Shown here: in pieces, positions 53,997 through 64,000 of the stretch
How the letters are laid out: each line of letters opens with the position of its first letter
How positions within the stretch are numbered: position 1 is the first letter of the stretch
Source of the DNA: Glaucostegus cemiculus
Taxonomy: Eukaryota
Reading direction: 5' to 3'
NCBI GenBank assembly: GCA_976551045.1
Contig: CDPCPM010000370.1
Location: 1,426,001-1,490,000, forward strand
Length of the DNA stretch: 64,000 bases
The notes under the pieces: model-generated
What the model was told of the DNA's origin: nothing
Database searches by the model: none
What the model saw: only the letters and a program-made list of their open reading frames with translations
Position numbers and translations under genes: made by a program

Positions 53997-54044
53997 CGTC
54001 GGTCACCGTCAGCTTGGTGCCCTCTCCCCGGTAGTCAAGGTAGT
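53997..54044 (-). pseudogene. IGHJ: IgH J segment of cluster B (Trp to Arg, splice donor lost)
   Basis: YLDYRGEGTKLTVTD followed by g|TTAAG instead of g|GTAAG. Confidence 0.92.
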
Positions 54045-54083
54045 CACAGTGTTACCTTCCACGGGCTGCGTCACACAATAACT
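54045..54083 (+). other. 23-bp-spacer RSS of J (cluster B)
   Basis: CACAGTG, 23 nt, ACAATAACT. Confidence 0.92.
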
Positions 54084-54381
54084 TGATCTGTAACGAACAG
54101 AAAGTAAAATATCCTGCCAAATTTCAAAATTCAAAATTAAGGAGAAGCCAGTATTGGCTGAAGGAAGCATTCCAAACGACATCAATTACGATGATGTGCT
54201 CTATCAGACAGGGCCATGAAATGTGACTTCAATAATTCTTATCGATAAATGATAACTTACCACCCATTACGCATACGAATTGTGCTGAGTTCGCCTGGGC
54301 ATAATTAGGACTTCGTTGCGTGAACAATTGGATTCATATTTTGCACTGTGACCCAGAAACACATAACTAGCAGCTGAACTT

Positions 54382-54458
54382 CTTTTTTGAATTCAGGCGA
54401 ACCGCTGTGCGATCCAGTACACTGGATCAGCACAGTGAAGCGGACCGGAACAAAAACT
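54382..54458 (-). other. IGHD: Single IgH D segment of cluster B (54410-54430) with 12/12 RSSs
   Basis: V-side RSS on +: CACAGTG 54431-54437, 12 nt, ACAAAAACT. J-side RSS on -: CACAGCG 54409-54403, 12 nt, TCAAAAAAG. Confidence 0.9.
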
Positions 54459-54782
54459 ATCCCTTCTGTTTGGGATCAGGCTTTACTCAAAATAAGCACC
54501 ATACAAGTATAGAAATGCTCCAAAGGTTCATAAATATCACTAAATGTGAACACAACCGCAATCTTCTCCCTGTATGCACCGCTTGCATTGAACCGAGAAT
54601 TTTATCCCATTCTGCCATTATAAAACATGTTGGTGTTACAGAGGAGAAAAGGGCAAAATATCACATCAGTGTTGATTTTTATTGTATGAACGTCAGTGCT
54701 CCCTTCTCAGTCGTTCATGCATTTTAAAATAAATATACTCACCTTCAATTTGTGATGGAAAATGATGGTATTACAATCATGA

Positions 54783-54821
54783 TATTCTTGTGCAGATCCA
54801 ACCATGGATCTGCTCACTGTG
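54783..54821 (-). other. 23-bp-spacer RSS of V (cluster B)
   Basis: CACAGTG, 23 nt, ACAAGAATA. Confidence 0.9.
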
Positions 54822-55124
54822 TTTCGCCCACAATAATAGACAGTGGTGTCTTCCGTTCTCAGGTTCTTCACGTCCACGGCGAAAATGTTGTTTAAACTGT
54901 CAGTAGACGGAGTAAATCTGTTCTGAATCTCCGGGGCGTAGTGCCCGTAAGAAGAACTGTGGTATACAAGCAGCCACTCCAGCCCCTTACCGGGGACCTG
55001 ACGAGCCAAGTGCATCCAGTAGTTGCTGAGAGAGAACCCGCTGGTTTTACAGGTCAGTCTCAGAGAGGCCCGGGTCTGCCGGTCTCGGCCTCCGGTTGAG
55101 TCAATCTGACATCAGAATGGACAC
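54822..55124 (-). pseudogene. IGHV: IgH variable exon of cluster B, frameshifted
   Basis: [15 protein letters not shown], then a 1-nt deletion near 55069 relative to the cluster A V, then [23 protein letters not shown]...YYCGR. The FR2 Trp is replaced by Leu. Confidence 0.93.
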
Positions 55125-55285
55125 CTGAAAGTTCAGTGGAAAAGAACCAAAGAACCTGAGGATTAATCTTTCGCCAATGATTCGCCAATGATGTCTAATT
55201 TCTGAGAAAAACAACATGCTGAGAGGAACAGAGTGTGACAACGGATTCAGTGCCGATCCGAAATTTGTCTAACAGAATTACTTAC

Positions 55286-55331
55286 GGGAAAAGAACGCCA
55301 AAAACAGGCTGTGTAAAGTCGCCGACCACAT
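55286..55331 (-). CDS. IGHV: IgH leader exon of cluster B (MWSATLHSLFLAFFS)
   Basis: ATG at 55331, 46 nt, donor c|gtaag. Confidence 0.9.
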
Positions 55332-56504
55332 TCCGCGCAGATCCTTGCAGCAGACCAGCTGCAAGGAAGTTGGATTGTGGAGCATGTGGGAGACCTTTAA
55401 GCACACATCAAAAACGGGCACGGTTGTGGGTAGCGTCTGGTGATTGAGTGGGGCGTCTGCCGCAGCAAAGCGGTCCCTCCTACATAACCAGCAGAATTGA
55501 ATCATACCTTGAAACTTGTTAACAACTGCAGGTTAAATGTGCACCACTTCAGTTAACATTAGCAGGTACCCACAACGTGATTTACGAGCTATGATTATTA
55601 TCATTATAAAGCAGCAGTATACAGATGTCACCCAATGTTAGTAGAATAAGTTTTCTGGAGCAGACCACCGTCATGTGTTCCCAGCAGCAAAGAAACAAAT
55701 CCAATGATGTTTCCCGGTGGATTGAATTTAAATTGGACCCTGCTGACCACATTAACAGGCTGAACTGACTTTCACCTGAAAAGTGAGAAGCGATTGGAAG
55801 AGATTGTTAATGAAATCTATTCAGAGTAAATTCAACTTGATGACTTGCGCTAATTTTCGTTATTAATTTATCTCCCATTTTCGTGACTTTGGGAGCGTCC
55901 TTAATCCTGCAAATCCATCGTATCGGACCATGTGAATTTTCTGAGCTATTTGATGTCATAATTAATACGTTAACATATGGATTGTTTTAAAGGTGCTGAT
56001 CTTGTTAAGCAACGATGCGTTTGGAAAGACACAAGTTCATTTACATTAGTACAGACGACAGGCTGCGAATTCTATGTTGATTTAACAAACCCGACTGGTT
56101 AAATAGTTAATTGTCAAAGGTCCATTTCAATGGTGACAAACCATCTCACATGAAAATTGGCTTCGTCCATGACTGGTGTGGTCTCTGCTCGAGAAACTAA
56201 CACTTACAAGAAACGCATGGACTTCGGCGAACAAAATGAGAACAGCGTTCTCGCTGCTGACTACCAAGTTGAAAGATAGTTTAAACCGTAAATCAGATCA
56301 GCCGCGTCCAATATAAGGCAAATCCACACAACAGCACTTTGGTTTTTTTTTTATTCAATCATTTCCAGATGTGATAAATGGTTTCGAAATCCCAGGAGAA
56401 TGAACCGATCATGGACCAGGAACACTGTGAGTGAAGGAAATAACTTTAGCATATGTCCTGCAGAGCAGAGATGCAGGTTGACACAGGCAGAAAAGAACAC
56501 AGAG

Positions 56505-56633
56505 ACCAATCAGAGAAAGATAAAGAGAGAGAGATGAGGGAGATAGCTAGATACATAGATGGATAGATAGACGAACAGAATGATGTATAGCCAGTCAGAC
56601 ATACAGACAGATAGATAGATAGGTAGACAGACA

Positions 56634-56703
<70 letters not shown>

Positions 56704-56953
56704 GACAGATAGATTGATCAATGGATAAAAAAGACAGACAGAGATAGAGAGAGACAGATAGACAGATGAATAGATCTACAGATAGATAGATAAATAGATA
56801 GATAGATGTAGAGGCAGATGGAGAGATAGAGAGGGAGATAGAGAGATAGAGACAGAGGTTGGAGACGGAGGAGTAGAGAATTTTTTTTTGCAGAGACTGA
56901 GCCAACCGACATATTTAGAAATATTCAGAGAGGAGTAGGAGGAGGAGGAGGAG

Positions 56954-57005
<52 letters not shown>

Positions 57006-57013
57006 GAGAGAGA
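56505..57013. repeat. Compound microsatellite: GATA/GACA, (CA)n 56635-56698, (GGA)n, (GA)n 56956-57013
   Basis: Direct reading. Confidence 0.93.
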
Positions 57014-57849
57014 GCGCAAGCTAGATGAAAAGGTTGAAGCCAGGCAGACATTTCGACAGGCGGACAGAGATCCAGGCAATAAATACAGAGGTAGACAGGT
57101 CGTCATATCGCAATATCATGGTGCCTGCCAAGGTTGAATATTATAATTTGGGCACTCGTGTTTATCACTATGCCATGCTCTTACCCTCCACATACTTCAT
57201 CTGCCGTGACAATAATCAACTTTGGTTGTTCTAAATTACTCGGAGGGCTGCTCAGTGAAATGTCTGTAGGGGTGCAAGGATAAGCAGCCGTCGAAATGAA
57301 ACACAAAGTAAACACAAACAAATAGTTACGAAGTCATTAATACCTTGTAAGTAGATATTTCAATGACATGGTGCAGGATTGACGAACTTAGTATCCGGGC
57401 ATTCACTGGAAAAAAAAAACTCATTGTGTGAGCAAACAGTAGCGGAGAGGAAAGTGGGTTTTAAAGTTCAGTATTAGGAATGTTCCCAGCATCTTTGATG
57501 GTAAGATGACGCTCCCCCGTCAGATGTTTGCTCAGATGAAGAAAGAACGAACAGTTACTTCCAAAGATCATGAAAGACAATGAGGATATTTGATGTCGCG
57601 TGTCGTACCATATTAGGATTGAACTGGGTGAGACTACGATGTCCTGGATGTCACAGAAATATTTAAAGAGATAATTTGGAGAAGGAATAATTGGCTGTCT
57701 GCAAAGAAAACACAGAAGAGTGGGAATTCCTCAATCAGCTGGAAAGAATGCAAAACAAGAGTCATGTGTGTCTGTAATCGTGGAGTTGTCGTTTGTGTCA
57801 TTGGCACGGAATAATGCTGATATCGGTTTTCGTATTGGTTTGTTAATGT

Positions 57850-58975
57850 CACTTGAACCGAGGTAGGGTAAATAACGTGTCTTGCATACCGATTGTACAG
57901 GTAAATGCATTACACAGTGCAGTTACATTCAGTTAGTCCTGAGTGCATTGATGTTGTACAGGTATAAACAATAGCAGTACAAAGTGAAGTGCCACAGCTA
58001 CAGAAAAAGTACAGTGCAAGAAATTGCAATATCACAACAGGTTAAATCGTGAAGTCATAGTTCAGCACATTGTATAAGGGAACCGTTCAATCCTCCTATG
58101 ACTGTGTGGTAGAAGCTGTCCTGAAGGCTGGTGGTACGTGGCCTCGGGGTCCTGTATCTTCTACCTGATGGAAAAGAGGAGAAGAGGCAATATCCTGGGT
58201 GGGTGGGGTCTTCGATTATACCGGCTGCTTCGACAAGACAGTGAGAGGTAAACACAGATGCCAAGGAGGAGAGGTTGATGTCCGTGATGCACTCAGCTGT
58301 GTCCACAAATCTCCGCAGTTTCTTGCAGTCCTTGGCAGAGCAGTTGCCATACCATGCCGTGATCCATCCAGTTCGGATACTTTCTATATTGCAGCGGTAA
58401 AAGTTGGTGAGAGTCAAAGGGAACAAACCAAATTTCTTTAGCCTCATGGGGAGGAAGAAGAGGCGCTGGTGAGCTATCTTGGCCGTGGCATCGACGTGAT
58501 TTGACCAGGACAGGCTGTTTTTCGATTTTCACTCCCAAGACGTTGATGCTCTCAACCCTCTCGACCTCGGTACCATTGATGGAGACAAGTGCAAGTACAC
58601 CGCCCCCTTTGCTGAAATAAATGAGCAGCTCTTTTGTTTTGTTGACATTGAGGGGAAGGTTTCTGTCGTGACACTATTCCACTCAGTCCTCTTTCTCCAT
58701 CTTGTGCCCCGTCTCATCGCTCATTGAGATAGGGCCTGCAAACTTGTAGATGCAGTTTGAGCAGAATTTAGCCACACAGTCATGAGTGTATAGGGAGTAG
58801 AATAGTGGGCTGAGGTCGTAGCCTTGTGCAGCACCAGTGTTGAGAAAAATCCTGCCGGAGGTATTACTGCCGATCCTTACTGGTTGTGGTCTGTTTGTTA
58901 GAAAGTCAATGATGCAGTTGCAGAGGGAGGTGTTGAGACCATGGTCTAGGAGTTTGGTGAAAAACCTGCTTGGGA
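57850..58975 (-). mobile_element. Rex1/Babar-like LINE, RT C-terminal part and 3' end
   Basis: ORF remnant RLKKFG...TLTNFYRCNIESI.TG.ITAWYGNCSA.D.KKL...DPTHPG..LFS..PSGRRYR. Confidence 0.8.
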
Positions 58976-59569
58976 AACGATTTGAAGTATGGAATATGAA
59001 ACATTTTTACGCGAAGTCAACATTATTTGGAAAGAGTCACAAAAATGAACATGGAGTCTATATTTTATTATATGTCTTGTAGAGATAAGATCCATAGAGA
59101 TGGAAAAATGGCACTAATAAATCAAACTGTTGTGTGATTTGCATTTCTGTCTCGTTTATTTGTGTTCTGTTCTGTTGGGGAAGTTTGATTCTGCTTTTAT
59201 CCCTCGGTAATCATATCTGGGCCTGGTGCCAGTAAATTTAGTGTTTATTTAAATCGCCTCTTCACTGTTTTCCATCTATTTTTATAACAACGGAAATTGG
59301 TCAATGAAGGGACATCGATTAGTCCCATCTGGGGAGAGGATTTATTTTAAACCTTATTGATACTTGGTGCAATATGAACTGCATTCTCTGGATGATAATG
59401 TTTTCTTTTTTTGTTCTAATTAACTTATTCTGCTTTATCCCCAAAAGATAAAACGTTCAATAAAAGAATATCTTCCGATTGTTCTGCAGTTAAAATCTGT
59501 GGGGTATTTCTGATATTTCTCGCACTGAAGTGGACAAACTACAGCCCATTCAACTGACTGTAACGTTAC

Positions 59570-60800
59570 CCATCAACTGTCTACCTTTTCTCACAGTCTT
59601 TCTACATTCTGCATCTATTTGTGCATTGAATTAACCAAGCTCTGACCTACCACTCTGTTTCCCATCCCCCTGCCAAACAATTTTAAATCCTTCCCAACAG
59701 TTGTAACAAACCTGCCAGCAAGGATATCACACCCTCTCCAGTTCACGTGTTATCCGTCCCTTTTGTACAGGTCATACCTTCCCCAGAAAAGATCCCAATG
59801 ATCAACAACATGAAACTCTGCCCTCTACACCAATTTCGCAGCCACACATTCATCTGCCAAATCATCCTGTTCTTACCCGCACTGGCAAGTTGCACAGGCA
59901 GTAATCCAGCGATCACTCCCATTGAGGTTCTGCTTTTCAGCTTCCAATCTAACACCCTATATTCACTCTTCAGGACCTCATCTCTTTTCTTAACTCTGTC
60001 ATTGGTACCAATATGCAACACGACATTGGATGTTTTCTCTCCCCCATCGGAATAGCTTGGTCCCGATCTGAGACTTCCCTGACCCTTGCACCAGGGATGC
60101 AACATGCCATCCTGGATTCTCTTTCACGACCAGAGAACCACCTGTCTGCCCGCCCTACTATGCAATCCCCTCTGACGAATGGTATCCTCTTCTCCGCCTT
60201 CCCTTCTGCACCACACGGCCAGACTCAGTGCCAGAAACCTGGTCACTGCAACTTTCCTCTGGTTTTCCTGCCCCCCAACAGTATACAAAGTGGTAATCCT
60301 GTTATTGAGGGGAGCAGCCATAGGGGTAATATGCTCTGTTTGCCTATTCTCCGTCCTTCTCCTGATAGCCACCCACTAGATGCTTCTTGAAGCTTCGGTG
60401 TGACTGCCGCCTTGTTGTTCATGTCTGTGTATTTCCGGGTAACTCGTCGGAGCCGAAGGTTATCCTGCTGCAACTTCAGTTCCCGAACACGGTTTGTAAG
60501 GAACTGCAGCTGGATGCACCTCGGCCAGATGTAGTTAACAGGAAGACTGGACGTCTCCTAGAACTTCCACATCTCACCACCTGAGCTCACAACTGATCCT
60601 GGAGCCATTCGCCCTGCATTGCACTACAGTGAACACCAAATCAATGAATGAAAGAAATGAACTTACCAGACAATTACCTTCGCCTCTTCTGCCCAAAGCC
60701 TCTTGAAACAAAGCCTCAGCTCCCCATTCCAACACTGGCTCATTCACACAATGGCCGCTCCCAAAATGTCCGCTCTGATGATACTTGCCTTGCCTTTATG
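59570..60800 (-). mobile_element. CR1-type LINE 5' region with ORF1 SGNH/GDSL esterase remnant
   Basis: VVLHIGTND...EVLKSEY..L..KLKSRTS...I.GLLPV...MNVWLRNWCRGQ. Confidence 0.8.
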
Positions 60801-61029
60801 TGCTGCTGTTGAGAAGCAAATCAGCAGGTAACCATTTGCAAAAGTGCCTCGTTTATACTCTTGGAAGGAGGAAATCACCAGCTCAAACACAGAGACTCAC
60901 TTCGTTTCAAACGTCCCGCTGTAAATCTCACTCCAACTCCCTACTCCACAAATGAAACTCAATCGAAGTAGTGCAAGCTTTTATTTTCAAGTCAGTCCGG
61001 ATTGGTAGAGCTGTGCAACGAAAAGAGGG

Positions 61030-62190
61030 CGAACATTTTACAAGACGTAAAGTACAGGCCTTCCTCTCGTCTGCAGGAGACAGACGAGAAGATCTGTTGG
61101 CAAATCATGGAATGATGTGTAAGTTACAGGGTTACACCAGCACGGCTTTTAATTGCCCAATTCTAACCGGGATCATATTGGTGTGAGTGGCCCCAGGAGG
61201 ACGGAATTTTAGGGAAGTGTTTCAGGAAACTTTCATGAGCTGGAACACAGATAGTACTACAAGAGAAGAGGCGGTATCCGAATGTATCCAAGGGAAACAG
61301 CCATTCAAATGAGGAGGTGTCACTGCAAGAACATTTTCGAGACAGTGAGCACAGCTCCTTCAATTTGAAGGTAGTTGTCGGCATTGATAAACAGGCTCCA
61401 GAGAAGAAGTTCCTAAATTGGCGGAAGTACGTTGAAAATATCACGAATTGAAATCTGGCAGAGGTATCCAGTGAGCAGCTTCTTGAAAATATGTTTATAT
61501 CAGATGGCAGAGATATTAAAAATAATGCCGAAAAATAAACACATTCACGACATATGTCAGTGAAACTCAACCCGATTCTGAGTGCGATCAGATTTAATGT
61601 CTCAACTAATAACATTCCATGTTAGCGAGAACGAGATGTCATGATATATAAACTTTAGGAAGTTACACATAGTCCTGATGGGACGGCATCTAGAGATAGT
61701 TTTGGTCCCCAAGTGTGAGTTATGGCATTTTTTTTGCAGGAGGCAGTGCTGCAATCCACCGAATTGATTCCTGGGAGCTTGACGAACAAGAAATGGGTTT
61801 TCCAGTCTAGGACAAAACTCGCCGGAGTTCAGAAACAGAGACATGATCTTATTGAAATATGAACGACTCTGTCGAGAATTTATGGAGAAGATTCGGAGAG
61901 GGAGTCTCCACCAGTGAGTGTGAAGAACTTGGCGTGTTCTTTTTCAGAATAAATCGTCGCCGATGATGACGAAGACGTGGAAGATCTTCTTCAGAGAGTT
62001 GTGGCACTTCTCTCCTTCCGAGTTCAATGGATGTGGATTTATTGAATAAATACAAGGTCGAGACTGACTGACAGTTAAATCGTAAGAGAGTCAAGAGACA
62101 CAGGAACTAGACGGAATGTGATACTGAGACCAAGACTGTATCGGCCCTTATCTATCGAAGAGGTTACCCAATCCGAGCGATGGGCTGGTT
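61030..62190 (+). mobile_element. Very old CR1-like remnants
   Basis: Weak similarity to 9.9-13.8 kb. No ORF. Confidence 0.35.
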
Positions 62191-62759
62191 CTCTTCTTTA
62201 TTTTTTAATGTTGTTCCCTTTACATTTTCCATATCATAGTACTCTATGCAGATATGAGACCAGTAAAGCTCTCATTGCCTTCTGAAAGAATCTGGAAGTG
62301 CAGTGTTTCGATAACAGAATGGTATCGTTCTTTCTTTTTCATTTCCCGTCGTAAATTTTGTTCCCTTTAAGTTGTTCCCATATTGTACAACACCGGCCAT
62401 CATTAAATACCATATTTAATATCATTCCATGCGCAAAATTAGTATGAATCGAAAACTGTTCAGTGGAAAGGTTCTCAGAAACATGGGGAAAGCAGGAAAG
62501 TCGGCCATCCGGCCTTTCCAGCCTGTCTCACCCTTCAATTTGATCCTTGTTGACAGTGCAAATTCCGACCTCTGTTCCTGCTTCGTCAAATTATCCCTCT
62601 GGCCCCAGGAACTGAGTCTAACACGTTTATGAATGCACTTAATGATTTGTAATTGACTTCACTTCCATTTCGACTCAGACCATTCAGTCCAGAGTGGTCT
62701 TCAGTCCACAGAGTCAGAGCAGCAGCGTGACATTGTTAATCATAATTATCCATCTGTTC

Positions 62760-63710
62760 ACCAATAGCGACGTTTGCTCACGGTTTGAGAAATGTGTTGC
62801 TGGGCAGACTTTGGAGTCGTTGGCTGGTAATCACGAGCCTGGCTTTCTCCACCTGAGCAACCGGCTGGAAGCAGCTCATTATTTTCTCTGCACAATAGAC
62901 AGAGGTGTTTCCGTTCAGTTCACCGGACCGAACATGAGGGAGAGAGGTGAACTGAGTGAGAAATAAAATAAAATTAAATGAAAAATCATTGAATATCTTT
63001 ACAAAAGAGTTAGAGATGTTTACAGGGGCCAAGGTGATGTGTGGAATTAGCATATGGGACTGAATTTGGACGATCCTCTCTGAATGTTGGATGGTGCACT
63101 AGTTTCGTGAGGCCTATTGGAAATACAGGCCCCTCGAACCCAATCAGAAATTAGATTACCTCACAAAGTTTCTGATGCTCCTTGCCCATATTTACATCAG
63201 CGGCATACCGTATTGGTGTGAAAACAGTCAAACTCGCATTGCCTTGTCCAAAACTGCAATGGGGCACAATATTACACAGGCGAAAACCTGTGTTTCATTT
63301 ATTCACAACTCTTACTTCCCCTGAGCTTTTATTATTGCAGTGCTCTGTCCATATGATTATCAAAGGGGCTTTTGAATGTGGTTGCAAGAGAAATGTATTG
63401 TGAAAGGAGAGGTATTTAATGTTATTATTGCATTTACTTTTCCAGCCTCCCACGCTCAGATCGATATCTACTTAAAATTCTGTGGCCGGAGTCCAAATTT
63501 TCATTGTCAGCTCACAAAGTAACTAAAAGGAAACATCTGTGAATTCTGTGCAATGAAATTAATGGACTGTTTCCAGCCCGCTGCTCAGAGAGAGAGAGAG
63601 CTGCCGTGGGTGTATTGGACCTAACAAGATAAAATATCTGCCCAGCAAAAAATTACTAATATTAGCATTAAAAGTTCTAATTGTTTACCTCGTGCATCAT
63701 TCACATTGAA
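62760..63710. repeat. Inverted-repeat pair paralogous to 14340-15330
   Basis: CTGGAAGCAGCTCATTA...GGTGTTTCCGTTCAGTT is shared with 14466-14521. GTAACT.AAAGGAAACA.CTGTG...TTTCCAGCCCGCT is shared with 15135-15198. Confidence 0.85.
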
Positions 63711-63713
63711 TTG

Positions 63714-64000
63714 TTTTTTTTTCAATATTTTTTTATTGATAACAAATCATTACAGGTTAAGATATATAACAACAATGTTTACACATGTATTATAGAAATA
63801 TCAAGTAAATCGTAGGTAATCATAAAAAAATGCAATAAATTATGATATATATAAAAGAAATAGTTCCAAAAATCTATCGGTTCATAAGTGTAATGTAAAA
63901 GATAGAAAAGAAAAAGATTTGTAATATTATTAGAAAAAAAACCCAAAAAAAACCAAATCAATTTTAAAAAATCATAGCAATATAGAGTAAATTAAACCGA
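63714..64000 (-). mobile_element. L1/Tx1-like 3' tail, continuing beyond the window
   Basis: Poly-T at about 63714 and similarity to 36.75-37.05 kb. Confidence 0.55.

Noticed and set aside
56446-57106. Low-complexity ORFs (CVCV, SLSL), also at 8822-9160
   Set aside because: Translations of microsatellites.
62694-62966. ORF with LSNRLEAAHYFLC resembling an Ig F strand
   Set aside because: The paralogous copy at 14.3-14.6 kb has stops and shifts in that frame, there is no RSS or leader, and the region is better explained as the non-coding inverted element.
1-64000. Prokaryotic features such as CRISPR arrays, operons and defence systems
   Set aside because: The sequence is intron-containing vertebrate DNA, and no regularly spaced repeat-spacer array was seen.

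Overview
Vertebrate genomic DNA, almost certainly from a cartilaginous fish (shark, skate or ray). It holds two tandem immunoglobulin heavy-chain miniclusters of the elasmobranch IgM type on the minus strand, about 49 kb apart. Cluster A (6.2-4.4 kb) is L-V-D1-D2-J with 23/12-22/12-12/23 RSSs. Its C exons must lie left of the window, its V is intact, and its J carries an in-frame TAG. Cluster B (55.3-39.3 kb) is a complete L-V-D-J-Cmu1-Cmu2-Cmu3-Cmu4/secretory tail-TM1-TM2 unit. V, J, Cmu1 and Cmu2 are damaged while Cmu3, Cmu4 and the TM exons are intact. Its single near-palindromic D looks like a germline D1-D2 join. Between the clusters is an intact two-exon GPR139/GPR142-like class A GPCR gene on the + strand. 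An inverted pair of non-coding elements is conserved about 8-9 kb upstream of both V genes. The rest is decayed LINEs (CR1, Rex1-like, L1/Tx1), V-SINE-like elements, a rearranged Tc1 transposon, microsatellites and one assembly gap. Ig and GPCR coordinates were read by hand from splice and RSS motifs; repeat boundaries and family names are approximate.
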